Below, piece after piece: positions 20,720 through 29,681 of a stretch of DNA of 64,000 nt. The stretch is from positions 13,258 to 77,257 of IMG/VR virus record IMGVR_UViG_3300017605_000154; one strand, 5' to 3'. Numbering within the stretch: the stretch's first letter is position 1; every line of letters begins with the position of its first letter. The notes under the pieces were generated by a model, which saw only the letters and a program-made list of their open reading frames with translations, did not search any database and was not told where the DNA came from. This DNA is from a virus. The translations under genes and the position numbers were made by a program.

Positions 20720-20935
20720 ATGGCACCATCGCCCGGTGAAACGCGACACGGCAAGGAGATATCGACTCAGGCTCCTATCGGTGGTGCGATCATCGATAGT
20801 GACCCTGGCGATGAGCAGGATGACTTCGTCAATGCTCCTAACGATGCACCTGCCATTGTCGAAGGCGATCTAGAAGACGTAGACGATCACGGCGATGAGG
20901 ATGATGATGAAGATGGCGACAGCGGAACAACGTAA
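20720..20935 (+). CDS. Acidic low-complexity hypothetical protein
   Basis: GGAGG RBS; Asp-rich. Confidence 0.55.
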   Translation: MAPSPGETRHGKEISTQAPIGGAIIDSDPGDEQDDFVNAPNDAPAIVEGDLEDVDDHGDEDDDEDGDSGTT

Positions 20936-21407
20936 ACATATCCGCACCATCATTCGTCTCTATCTCGAAAGAGCCGAAGCTGCGCAGCCGAAGATTCACT
21001 ACTCGCAGTTTCGTCCGCTGACTTCGTTTGGTGACCCACCATCGCACGGATTCACGACCGACTGCAGCGGCCTAGTTATCTCGGCTTTCTATTGGGCAGA
21101 CATGTGGCTGCCTGCAAAGGTAAAAGACCCCGGAGGCTATGGCTATAGCGGCGATGGTTGGACGGGTTCCATTCTTGAAACCAACCTCAAAAGGAGGGTG
21201 CCGCTCGATAGGAAGTTCTTCGTTGGCGACATGGCGTTGTTCGGCGGAAGTCTAAGCCGCACGTCGCATGTCACAATCTGCCGTAGAAACGGCGATGCCA
21301 TGTCCTCCATCTGGACTTCGCATGGTAGTGAGCGTGGGCCGTATGCAACGCGACTCCGTTATCGCTCCGACCTACTTTGCGTTGTCCGTGCAGAGTCCCT
21401 AGCGTAA
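20913..21407 (+). CDS. NlpC/P60-family peptidoglycan endopeptidase (endolysin candidate)
   Basis: TTDCSGLV catalytic Cys, GDMALF, SHVTI His, SHGS. Confidence 0.8.
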   Translation: MATAEQRKHIRTIIRLYLERAEAAQPKIHYSQFRPLTSFGDPPSHGFTTDCSGLVISAFYWADMWLPAKVKDPGGYGYSGDGWTGSILETNLKRRVPLDRKFFVGDMALFGGSLSRTSHVTICRRNGDAMSSIWTSHGSERGPYATRLRYRSDLLCVVRAESLA

Positions 21408-21416
21408 GGAGCCAGA

Positions 21417-21662
21417 ATGCCAGTTGAGATTAACGTGGAGCGGAAGGCTATCGAGATTAAGTGGGAGCCGAGTGACTACGTTGGCAACGTGAAGGTTGTC
21501 GCTACTGGCGAGGCAGGCGATATCCACAACACTACTGATATGCCCAACGATGGAAAGGCTGTCCTTTCCTATCCCGCAGACTTCTCCGGTACGTCCACGA
21601 TCCAGGTGCTAGGTGTCGAGGATGACGCTCTCGTTGACGAGGGTGACATCGAAATCAGCTAA
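21417..21662 (+). CDS. Hypothetical protein
   Basis: AGGAG RBS; acidic, beta-rich. Confidence 0.55.
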   Translation: MPVEINVERKAIEIKWEPSDYVGNVKVVATGEAGDIHNTTDMPNDGKAVLSYPADFSGTSTIQVLGVEDDALVDEGDIEIS

Positions 21663-21673
21663 GGGAGGTAAGT

Positions 21674-22087
21674 ATGGGACAGTTGCTTCATGCGTTCTTC
21701 AGCGACACGCGAGTTCAGATTTCGCTTCTTCTTCTCGTTCTGGACTTCGTGCTGGGCACCGTTGCTGCATTCGTTGATAGCACGCAGGGCTTCCGCCTGA
21801 GCTTTTGGTCGGACACTCTGCGTAACGACGTGCTAGGTAAGGTGGTGCCCTTCTTTGTCATCTACGGTGGATACAAGTATGCATCGAGTGCTGACCTTGT
21901 GATCCCCGGACTTGACATGGAAGTGTTGATGAACGCAGCATGGGGCGTCTTGACGCTGGCATTCGTTGGATCGATTCTCAAGTCTGTGTCGGACCTCGGC
22001 CTCTTCAATAATGAAGGGGTGGGCACCAAGCAGATCGCGGGTACCGATCCTATGACGCCTACCATTCCTGCCCCGCCGAATCCGTAA
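21674..22087 (+). CDS. Holin-like membrane protein
   Basis: About three transmembrane segments; LDFVLG..AA...FRLS...D.LR..VLGK pattern; near the endolysin. Confidence 0.65.
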   Translation: MGQLLHAFFSDTRVQISLLLLVLDFVLGTVAAFVDSTQGFRLSFWSDTLRNDVLGKVVPFFVIYGGYKYASSADLVIPGLDMEVLMNAAWGVLTLAFVGSILKSVSDLGLFNNEGVGTKQIAGTDPMTPTIPAPPNP

Positions 22088-22095
22088 ATTCCAAC

Positions 22096-22185
22096 ATGAG
22101 TAATCCAGACCTCAACACGCTACTGCTACTTGCAATCTTCATCCTGCTACTGGTGGTAGCTGTTTCGGACAAGATTACTTTCTAA
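22096..22185 (+). CDS. 29-aa hydrophobic single-TM peptide
   Basis: MSNPDLNTLLLLAIFILLLVVAVSDKITF; below the ORF-track cutoff. Confidence 0.45.
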   Translation: MSNPDLNTLLLLAIFILLLVVAVSDKITF

Positions 22186-22187
22186 GG

Positions 22188-22257
22188 TTCCCCTCGACGG
22201 GGGAATAAAAGGGGCCGGGTTGCGTTTTCTCTCCTGTTGGCGCTTACCCGGCCCCTT
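22188..22257. terminator. Double hairpin at the convergence of the two genome arms (likely bidirectional terminator)
   Basis: TTCCCCT/GGGGGAA stem, then 12-bp AAGGGGCCGGGT/ACCCGGCCCCTT. Confidence 0.7.
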
Positions 22258-22297
22258 GTATTAATTCAGTCGTTGGCTGGTCTGGTGGTATGTGGCA

Positions 22298-22504
22298 TCA
22301 CCCCCTTTCGATTGCTTCTTGGAGTGCTAAACTAATAGCTTCTGCGTCTTGCTGATAACTGTTTGTGCACAGAATTCTTTCTGCCCATCCATAGTCGGCT
22401 ACGACCATGAACAACTGCGTAGCCTTGTCTTCCTCCTGAGCTACAACTCTAAGGCTGGGTAGGCGTTCATTCCACTCAAGAAAGTCAATTGCCTTCTCCA
22501 TCAT
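22298..22504 (-). CDS. Hypothetical protein
   Basis: Part of a chain of overlapping ORFs. Confidence 0.55.
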   Translation of the reverse strand: MMEKAIDFLEWNERLPSLRVVAQEEDKATQLFMVVADYGWAERILCTNSYQQDAEAISLALQEAIERG

Positions 22505-22818
22505 CCTTCCTCGTCTTTGCCGTCAGGATACCATGCAACGTCGTATCGATCCCTGACTTCATACTGAGGCGGCGCTGGTTTCATCTTGTGGAGTTCTGCA
22601 GGTCGCTCCTCCCACACAGGCCACCACTCGTTGAAGTCAGTGGTATCGAAGTTACTGTCGAGGTATACCCGTATCCGGCCTCGCTTGAAACATTCCGAAG
22701 GGCATCCTGCCTCGTTCCGAGTTCGGACTAGTGCTTGAAAATCAATGCCCTCTTCACTACGCATCGAGTAATGAAATCTCTTGTGGTCATGGCAGACCCA
22801 CACAAGATTGACGCCCAT
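22501..22818 (-). CDS. Hypothetical protein
   Basis: ATGA overlap with neighbour. Confidence 0.55.
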   Translation of the reverse strand: MGVNLVWVCHDHKRFHYSMRSEEGIDFQALVRTRNEAGCPSECFKRGRIRVYLDSNFDTTDFNEWWPVWEERPAELHKMKPAPPQYEVRDRYDVAWYPDGKDEEG

Positions 22819-22820
22819 TG

Positions 22821-23036
22821 CTAAAGCTCCACTTCATCGCGAGTTGTGTAGTACCAGTCCGACGCACCGCAAGAACACTTATGCGGATTGGGATATTGCG
22901 GAGGCCACCTAGTTGTCCGCGCGCACGACTTGCAGATCCATCTCTCGTTCTCCACCATCTTGAAGAACTTTCGAATGTCTGCAATCGGATCGCTTGCTAC
23001 GTTGTCCCACGAATCCCAAGCGTCGGAAGCCTCCAC
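22821..23036 (-). CDS. Small Cys-rich hypothetical protein
   Basis: CKSC...CSC. Confidence 0.5.
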   Translation of the reverse strand: MEASDAWDSWDNVASDPIADIRKFFKMVENERWICKSCARTTRWPPQYPNPHKCSCGASDWYYTTRDEVEL

Positions 23037-23037
23037 A

Positions 23038-23433
23038 CTAGCTCTCCTTGACGATGTACATGTGAGCGTGTCGGTCGTAGAATGCGGCCTTGTAGAAGAT
23101 GCCGACGCGCTCGACTCCCTCAGTATCTACGATGTGCGACCAGTAGCTATTTCCACCTGCACGTCGCTCCCAACCTTCGGGAAGCTCTGCATGCCGGAAG
23201 ATTGGATCGTCCTCTACGATGTCGCCAAACTTGAAGCCTAGTGCTTCGAAATCTTCGATCGCATCTCGGTGCGTATCTACTGGCAGCACATCGCTGAAGA
23301 GTAGTTCTCGCTGACCTTCCGCTTCCATATCCTCAATCGGATGACCGCCGGGATTGGCAAGCTGGCCCATAAGAAAGTCGAGCGCATGCTCAGGGTTCTT
23401 CAACTTCTCGGTAGTGTTCGTCACGGGCTTCAT
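23038..23433 (-). CDS. Conserved phage hypothetical protein
   Basis: LPEGW...YWSHIVD..G.ERV.IFYKAAFYDR motif. Confidence 0.65.
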   Translation of the reverse strand: MKPVTNTTEKLKNPEHALDFLMGQLANPGGHPIEDMEAEGQRELLFSDVLPVDTHRDAIEDFEALGFKFGDIVEDDPIFRHAELPEGWERRAGGNSYWSHIVDTEGVERVGIFYKAAFYDRHAHMYIVKES

Positions 23434-23654
23434 TTCATCTCCTGTTCTCTAACCTTCCAGACCCGCATGATCCAGAAGAATGCACGTATTACCCGACCTC
23501 TCAAGCAATCTGCCTCACCCAAGAGAGCATGCTCCAAGTGGTCAGGGCACATCGGAATCGTTACAAGTCTGATCGACGTACCCGTTTCGATTTTTTGTCC
23601 TAGCACATCTCCTTCGTAGATTTCGTATATCCATCCCGGCTCAAAAGTAGGCAT
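23430..23654 (-). CDS. Hypothetical protein
   Basis: Overlap chain. Confidence 0.45.
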   Translation of the reverse strand: MPTFEPGWIYEIYEGDVLGQKIETGTSIRLVTIPMCPDHLEHALLGEADCLRGRVIRAFFWIMRVWKVREQEMK

Positions 23655-24126
23655 TACGAATCCACTCCTCTGCCACTAGCTCCACTGTGGGGTCTTCATT
23701 AAATTGGTACCCGGCCCCGAAGTTGAACCAGTGCAATAGATGCCTCGCTGCGTCTCTTCCGTGATCGTATCCTTTCTGGTAGACGCCTAGTGACTTCAAC
23801 TTGTTGTCGTCGTAGTATCCTTTACCCTGTGCAGCCTTCTGCATCCACAGCGGATGCCATGTATCGCTTGAGCAGAATAGTCGCGTGATTCCGATAAGTT
23901 CCACAGGGTAAAGATTGAGGCCGTCCTTCTGCTTACCTTGCCTGAATTCGAAATCCTCGCATACTGTGTGTAGGTTGTGATGCAAGTGCGCTCGCGTTAG
24001 AAAGAGCCAGAACTCGTTGTGATTGAATCGTTCCTCATTGTACGCGAGAAAGAGTTTCTCTTTGTCTGCAACCCCTAATGCATATCCAGTAGTTTCGCCT
24101 GGATCAATCGACAGCACTCGTAGCAT
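23641..24126 (-). CDS. RuvC-like Holliday junction resolvase
   Basis: LSIDPGETTGYA, CEDF, HGRDAARH. Confidence 0.8.
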   Translation of the reverse strand: MLRVLSIDPGETTGYALGVADKEKLFLAYNEERFNHNEFWLFLTRAHLHHNLHTVCEDFEFRQGKQKDGLNLYPVELIGITRLFCSSDTWHPLWMQKAAQGKGYYDDNKLKSLGVYQKGYDHGRDAARHLLHWFNFGAGYQFNEDPTVELVAEEWIRNAYF

Positions 24127-24367
24127 TCATTTGCCTTTCTGTCCATGCATTCTTACGGCATCGACTAGAACAGTACACAGCATGCAACCGCTCCGGGTAG
24201 AAGGCGGATCGGCAGAAGGCGCAGATCCGTTCTCCTACCGTTCTACGCGGCATGTGGCGCAAACCGCAGGTCGAACAGGTGCAGACGTGTTCTGATATAG
24301 GCTGACCCTCCTGATCCGTTCTGGATGCGTTCTGTGCGGCCGATTTGGGCGTCTGACGGCTCGCCAT
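24104..24367 (-). CDS. Zinc-finger protein
   Basis: CAFCRSAF...YCSSRCRKNAW. Confidence 0.55.
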   Translation of the reverse strand: MASRQTPKSAAQNASRTDQEGQPISEHVCTCSTCGLRHMPRRTVGERICAFCRSAFYPERLHAVYCSSRCRKNAWTERQMNATSAVD

Positions 24368-24374
24368 CTTTGGA

Positions 24375-24590
24375 CTACCGCCGAACCTTCAAGGTGAGGG
24401 CAATTTCCATTGCATCTATGAAGCGATGCACAAACTTCGGCGCTGAACCATTGTGAGTGCGCAGATACTCCACGGCTTCTTCCGCTTCTTTCCGACTCAT
24501 CTCAACCTTGTAAACGTCCCGCATGCTAAGCGGATCAACCACTGCGACGGTAACTGTCGACGGAAGCTTAGTGTACTCCGTAACCTTCAT
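24375..24590 (-). CDS. Hypothetical protein
   Basis: Overlap chain. Confidence 0.5.
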   Translation of the reverse strand: MKVTEYTKLPSTVTVAVVDPLSMRDVYKVEMSRKEAEEAVEYLRTHNGSAPKFVHRFIDAMEIALTLKVRR

Positions 24591-24772
24591 GCTCGCCCCG
24601 TTCGCATCATCTTTGAAAAGGCATCCGACGCTGCTTGCGTAGCGGAAGCAAGCTGCTGCAATGTCGGCACAGCGCCGGTAGTCTTCGGAGTTACCTCGAC
24701 TCGCATGAGAACTATAACGTCATCCGTTGAACGAGGTAGCCGAGCTTTGAACGTCGTCTGAATAGCTCTCAT
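24587..24772 (-). CDS. Hypothetical protein
   Basis: ATGA overlap with the polymerase stop. Confidence 0.5.
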   Translation of the reverse strand: MRAIQTTFKARLPRSTDDVIVLMRVEVTPKTTGAVPTLQQLASATQAASDAFSKMMRTGRA

Positions 24773-27165
24773 TTCGCATCCGCCCATGTATCTCCACTCC
24801 CGATGTCTACCTTGTAGGGGATTGTCCAGCCTAGTTCCTCGCCGGGTCTTGACTCCATGACTTCCTTGCATATCCGTTTGTACTCGTCCACGTATGATTC
24901 TTCGACATCGGCAATAATCGAGTCATAAACCGTGAGAATGAGGTCGGCTCTCTTGTGGTCAATTTGACTCGGTATACTGTATCCTCCACCGAGAACAATA
25001 CATGCTCGGAGTGTGAAGTCCGCAGCAATGGATTGAGGCTTGTAGTTAACCGCTTCACGTATGGCTGTATTGATGTTCTCTTTCGTGAGTAGGTGAAAGC
25101 GGCGAGCCCTCCCAAAAGGAGTGGAGACGCGACCAGTGCGCATCTCCTTGACAATCTCTTGCTTCCACAACTTGACGTTCTTGAAGTACGTCCACCACCA
25201 ATCGATAAATCGTTGAGCTTCTCGTTCGGGGATTTCATGCTTCTCCTGGAAGGTCGCTGCACTCTGTCCGTAGGCCACACCGAAGTTCATGTTCTTTGCG
25301 CGGCTCCTTTGCTCTGACGTAAACTTCTCACCATAGAATCTGGCCGCTGCAAGCGAATGCAAATCCTCGTCGTCTTTGTAGACGCGAAGGAGTTCTGGGT
25401 CTTGCGATAGCCAGCCGATAGTCCGAAGTTCCGCTTGGGAATAGTCAGCGACAACGATCTGCCTGCCCACTGTTGGGATAAAAAGCTTTCTAATGTCAGG
25501 CAGCCCAGGCTTTGTACGGGTGATGTTGAGGAGATTCGGATTCCGTGACGAGGGCCGACCAGTGACGGTTCCGTGAAGAAGCAAATCCGTGTAGATCCGA
25601 CCTTCAGGATCATCGATTGCCCTTTCGATCATTCCTACAATGTAGGTGGATGCCTGCTTCGTTAGCTCTCGATACCGCTTCAACTCTTTCGCAAACTGCT
25701 GCATCAATTCGGTCGATGGTGCATCCGCAGCCGGGAGCATGCGCGACACGAATCTGCCTGCGACGATTTCATTCAGCGATGAGTCATCCGTCGACCTCTG
25801 CATGTCCGGACGCTTCTGCATCTCATGCCGAATCTTCCATTCATCGTAGAAGAGAACTGCCGTCTGCTTGGTCGATGCCGGATTGTAGAGCGGCTTGTCG
25901 ATCATCGTGCGGAGCTTAAGCTCCTGCTCTTTGATCGCCGGCCCGACATCGTTCTCCATTAAGTCTGCGGCGGTCTGAACATCGTACCGGAATCCAACAC
26001 TCTCCATGCGAGCAATTGACTCCACACCCTCACGGAGCAAATTAGTGTATGAGGATCGAGTTCCCTCAGAGTCGACTCGGGGATCGAGTCGCTCGTATAG
26101 TTGGTACGCCCCTGCAACGTCCCATCCGGCATAAGTATGAAGCTCATCGTAATCTTCAACAACTCCGGTTTTCTTAAAACGCTTGACGGAATCTGGCTCA
26201 TAGTTCGGCCATCCGAATTCCTCCATCAGACAATACTCTAGAGCATGGACGCCTCCGCGCTCGTCGCATGCATAATTCAACAGCAACGTATCTTCATCTA
26301 TACGGGCTTGGATTCCGTATCCGTATCGGAGGATCTTGACATCGAAGATTCCGTTGTGCCAGATGAATCGTTTGCTTCGGTCTTCGAAGAGCGGCCGTAG
26401 GAAATTGTCAATGAAATCGGTATCGTCCCAAAGACCTCCCCGCTCTCCGAGGACAACGGCAGAATCTCCTCCAGTTGCAAACTGAAGACTGACAATTCGT
26501 GCTTTGTGAGTGAGTCCTCCACGGCTTTCAATATCGCTAGCAATACATTCGGCTTCGGCGAGCGAAGCAATATAGTCTCTTGCGGCACTGCCATCTTCGA
26601 TTACCTCGACTGTCGGTAGCGTTGGTGGAGGGAGCGGATTGAAGGCGCGTCGGAAGTCGCGCTTGAGGTTTGGGAAGGTGGAGTCATCTCGGAGTACAAG
26701 AGCCGGATTGTTAGTGGCGACAACTGTTCGTCCTGGTTGCTCGATTCGATATCCACGGTAACGATCAATGGCTCCTCTTCCAATAATGAGATTAACAGCT
26801 TCCGAACCAGCGGCGAGGACGAGTGGTATGCCTCTGAGTTCCGAATGCAACCTTGGAGCGCATGCCTTAATTGCCTCTGGCGGTACCTTCCCCGCATCTG
26901 GAGCGCAAAGGACAACATTCGTGAGTAGGATATCGTCACGATCTACACCGTTCTCCTTCAGTAGATAGGTTAGGACATCTCCCGAAGGCCCACTAAAAGG
27001 TCTACCCGCCATCGCTTCATGGTGTCCGGGCGAGCGACTTACGAACGCTGTGGTGGGGTTTCGCGGAGCGGTCGTTTTCGCGCAAGGCTTGTTGTACAAC
27101 GGACACTCTTCGCAAATCGCGTCCGGATGCTTACGCTTAATCCCCTCTTCCATGCGCAGTCCCAT
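24769..27165 (-). CDS. polA: Family A DNA polymerase with N-terminal UDG family-4-like domain and 3'-5' exonuclease
   Basis: CEECPL...GRPFSGPSG..TNVVLC (UDG-like); DIES/HNGIFD/YAGWD (exo); DYSQAELR, RAKNMNFGVAYG, VYDS (pol motifs A, B, C). Confidence 0.95.
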   Translation of the reverse strand: MGLRMEEGIKRKHPDAICEECPLYNKPCAKTTAPRNPTTAFVSRSPGHHEAMAGRPFSGPSGDVLTYLLKENGVDRDDILLTNVVLCAPDAGKVPPEAIKACAPRLHSELRGIPLVLAAGSEAVNLIIGRGAIDRYRGYRIEQPGRTVVATNNPALVLRDDSTFPNLKRDFRRAFNPLPPPTLPTVEVIEDGSAARDYIASLAEAECIASDIESRGGLTHKARIVSLQFATGGDSAVVLGERGGLWDDTDFIDNFLRPLFEDRSKRFIWHNGIFDVKILRYGYGIQARIDEDTLLLNYACDERGGVHALEYCLMEEFGWPNYEPDSVKRFKKTGVVEDYDELHTYAGWDVAGAYQLYERLDPRVDSEGTRSSYTNLLREGVESIARMESVGFRYDVQTAADLMENDVGPAIKEQELKLRTMIDKPLYNPASTKQTAVLFYDEWKIRHEMQKRPDMQRSTDDSSLNEIVAGRFVSRMLPAADAPSTELMQQFAKELKRYRELTKQASTYIVGMIERAIDDPEGRIYTDLLLHGTVTGRPSSRNPNLLNITRTKPGLPDIRKLFIPTVGRQIVVADYSQAELRTIGWLSQDPELLRVYKDDEDLHSLAAARFYGEKFTSEQRSRAKNMNFGVAYGQSAATFQEKHEIPEREAQRFIDWWWTYFKNVKLWKQEIVKEMRTGRVSTPFGRARRFHLLTKENINTAIREAVNYKPQSIAADFTLRACIVLGGGYSIPSQIDHKRADLILTVYDSIIADVEESYVDEYKRICKEVMESRPGEELGWTIPYKVDIGSGDTWADAK

Positions 27166-27166
27166 G

Positions 27167-28081
27167 TTACTTACTCTTCAGCAAGTCGGCGATTAGATTT
27201 GCCATGACATCGGAAGCTTTCAATCCGCCGCGCTCCTTCACTAGATGGACAGGCACTCCATACGCATCTTCAAGCGCAAGTGCAAACCTTCCCACAGTCT
27301 TCGTACCGACGTCCTTCACGAAGATGTTCTGTGGATATGCGTACTCTGCGCGGAAACCGTCAGGACAAATAAACGTCCTACCCCAAAGCGCAATCTCTCC
27401 CCAGATGAACGCATCCGACTTGAGTTGCGAATTGTTCGGCTTGTTGTAGGCGTAGATACCACACTCGCAACCGTAACGTGGGGCATCGTGATCTTTGAAT
27501 GGATCGCCCCCACAGGTTGCAACTAGCGGCTCGTATCTCGGCCAAGGTACACCGTTCCGCGAAAGCAAGATTGGCTTCGCAAGATTGCCCTTCTTCAGAT
27601 AGACGAAGTCACGGTAGCCAATCTCGACAGTCTTCTGAACCTTGCGAACAACGGTTGGTGTCTTCTTTTTCTTCTCCGGTTCGGGCTTTGTAAAAGTGAA
27701 TGTCGGTGTATATTGGGGAGGCGGCGTATTCATTGGATCGGACGGCTTATACCTAGTGGGCAGCGTATAGTATGGATCGGGTGGATTGAAGACGACTGCA
27801 TCGGCTACTTCTACTTCAACTAGAGTACGGGTCATATCGTGGTTGATCCGATGAATATGCGCCTGACCATTACGCAATAGATCGTGAAGCCGGATTAGCT
27901 CATCGTAGGTGCTACTCACCGGATAGATACCACTCAAAGGTACCGCTTCAAAGAGCAACTCGTAGCAAGCAATTCTCCGCAGTTGGTCATTCGTTCGCAT
28001 TATCCTTACAAGCTGCATCCCCTGATAATACTCACGGATTAGCTTGTAGAACAAATCCAATTCTCTAGGGTGAGTTGGCAT
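27167..28081 (-). CDS. Hypothetical protein with C-terminal H..P..CxCGIYA / GEIALWG / GFRAEYAYP domain
   Basis: Conserved-looking metal-binding domain after a Pro-rich linker. Confidence 0.65.
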   Translation of the reverse strand: MPTHPRELDLFYKLIREYYQGMQLVRIMRTNDQLRRIACYELLFEAVPLSGIYPVSSTYDELIRLHDLLRNGQAHIHRINHDMTRTLVEVEVADAVVFNPPDPYYTLPTRYKPSDPMNTPPPQYTPTFTFTKPEPEKKKKTPTVVRKVQKTVEIGYRDFVYLKKGNLAKPILLSRNGVPWPRYEPLVATCGGDPFKDHDAPRYGCECGIYAYNKPNNSQLKSDAFIWGEIALWGRTFICPDGFRAEYAYPQNIFVKDVGTKTVGRFALALEDAYGVPVHLVKERGGLKASDVMANLIADLLKSK

Positions 28082-28206
28082 TAGGCAGGCACCTTCTCAG
28101 GCTTGCGTTCCGGCGTGGGAGTCGGAGTCTTCTCAGGCTTGGCAGGCACGGGAGACTCTGCGGGTTCGATCGTTACAATCTTCGTGGGTTCACCGACTTG
28201 TGACAT
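28081..28206 (-). CDS. 41-aa Pro-rich peptide
   Basis: MSQVGEPTKIVTIEPAESPVPAKPEKTPTPTPERKPEKVPA; AGGAG RBS; TAATG coupling to the next gene. Confidence 0.65.
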   Translation of the reverse strand: MSQVGEPTKIVTIEPAESPVPAKPEKTPTPTPERKPEKVPA

Positions 28207-28219
28207 GTTGCTTCTCCTG

Positions 28220-28588
28220 TTATTCGGTATCGTCGCTTACCGTTGTATAATCGGCGTAGCCGCCTATCTCTGCGCGGGCTTCCAACTCTGCCAATAGCTG
28301 ACGAGTCGTTGCTAGACCGAGAAGCGGATCTTCGGGAATGTCCGCTCTCTCATATGTCTCTGTGAAGATGTCAGCCCTGCAAGGATAGAACTCTCCCTTG
28401 ACACCCTTCATAAGCCAGTCACCCGGCCAAATCACTCCCTCGCTATCGAGCGTCTTCACACGAAGAGTTACCACTCCATCTTCATTCGAAGTGTAAACGT
28501 TATGCCCTGCGAACTCATACGCTTCATGCCAATTGCTACCGCTCCACTGAATAGCATCGACCACTGCTGGCTTCTTACGAAACTTCAT
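28220..28588 (-). CDS. Conserved phage protein (KFRKKP..V.AIQW / GEFYPC family)
   Basis: MKFRKKPAVVDAIQW...PGDWLMKGVKGEFYPCRADIFTETYE. Confidence 0.8.
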   Translation of the reverse strand: MKFRKKPAVVDAIQWSGSNWHEAYEFAGHNVYTSNEDGVVTLRVKTLDSEGVIWPGDWLMKGVKGEFYPCRADIFTETYERADIPEDPLLGLATTRQLLAELEARAEIGGYADYTTVSDDTE

Positions 28589-29012
28589 TGGCTGCTCTCC
28601 CGTAGATGATTGACCGTAGATCAGGCTGGGTGAAGTTCGGCCCCTTGAGGATCTTTCCATCCTCTCTGACAATAGGCTTTCCTCCAACATCAAGTTTTGA
28701 CATATTTGATCGATGGACTTCTGCGAAGCATTTATCAAAGTCCACGCCAAAACTAACCAAGCTGCCGACAAGCACATAAACAAGATCACAAACAGCGTCA
28801 GCATAGCCTACCAAGTCCTCGTCCACCCAGGCTACTAGAAGTTCTTCCCATTCCTCCTCATTCAATGCTGCTCGGAGATTGAACAATGTACCATCGCCAT
28901 CGTCGTCATTCTCAAGCGAGAAGTCGATGGGATCACCCGGCTCGCGCACGACCAATCCGTACGTCTTGTGAAATTCCTTCAGTGCTTCATACGGGGTTAA
29001 GCTCGTAGACAC
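28575..29012 (-). CDS. MazG-like/PRA-PH nucleoside triphosphate pyrophosphohydrolase
   Basis: EEEWEEL, DAVCDLVYV, EVHRSNMSKL, REDGKILKGPNF. Confidence 0.85.
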   Translation of the reverse strand: MSTSLTPYEALKEFHKTYGLVVREPGDPIDFSLENDDDGDGTLFNLRAALNEEEWEELLVAWVDEDLVGYADAVCDLVYVLVGSLVSFGVDFDKCFAEVHRSNMSKLDVGGKPIVREDGKILKGPNFTQPDLRSIIYGRAANEVS

Positions 29013-29595
29013 GCGCCATCCATTCGTCGAGGGTTGAATACAACTCATCTAGTGTTCCGTCGTTGCCTATATCACCACGAATGTAGTTCTCGTCAATACC
29101 TGCTTCCGATTCGTGTCCGTCACCTTCGAAGCCCGGACGATGCACTTGCCAAATATCGCCACCGATGTCAACGAGATTCTCAGCCTCGTTGTTAAAGCGC
29201 ACATCGCGAACCACGTACCTCACAGCCTCGAATTCCTCGTCGCTTAGTCCGTGAATGTACTTCCTGTTGAACTGGTCAATCCAGAAGTCCTCTCCGAACA
29301 CACGACGACCCATCTCTGTGCCGAATAGCTGCAGATGCTCGCGCCACGTATACGTGTAGCGAACCGTATCAGACACGTCGATATTGACCTCGACTAAATC
29401 AATCGAGTTGCCGTGGTTATTCTTCCACTCAAGAGCCTCTTCTAGCGAAATGCCCCACAGTGCGCAGACTGCGTCGTACATGACATCGCTGAATCCGAGC
29501 TTTGTAAAGCCGTACTCTTTCACAAGGAAGTCGGCAATCGTGTCCTTGCCTGAACCGATCTTTCCGTTGAGTCCGATAATCACTAGAAGATCCAT
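28987..29595 (-). CDS. Deoxynucleoside monophosphate kinase
   Basis: IIGLNGKIGSGKDT P-loop, REHLQLFGTE, DVRFNNE, HESEAG. Confidence 0.9.
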   Translation of the reverse strand: MDLLVIIGLNGKIGSGKDTIADFLVKEYGFTKLGFSDVMYDAVCALWGISLEEALEWKNNHGNSIDLVEVNIDVSDTVRYTYTWREHLQLFGTEMGRRVFGEDFWIDQFNRKYIHGLSDEEFEAVRYVVRDVRFNNEAENLVDIGGDIWQVHRPGFEGDGHESEAGIDENYIRGDIGNDGTLDELYSTLDEWMARVYELNPV

Positions 29596-29681
29596 CCGAT
29601 CAGGTTTACGGCAACTACAAACATGATTGCTGCACTGAGCAAGAACAGTACCACGCTCAGGAATTGAGAGAAGATGCCCAT
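29583..29681 (-). CDS. 32-aa hydrophobic membrane peptide
   Basis: MGIFSQFLSVVLFLLSAAIMFVVAVNLIGWIF; TAATG overlap. Confidence 0.45.
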   Translation of the reverse strand: MGIFSQFLSVVLFLLSAAIMFVVAVNLIGWIF

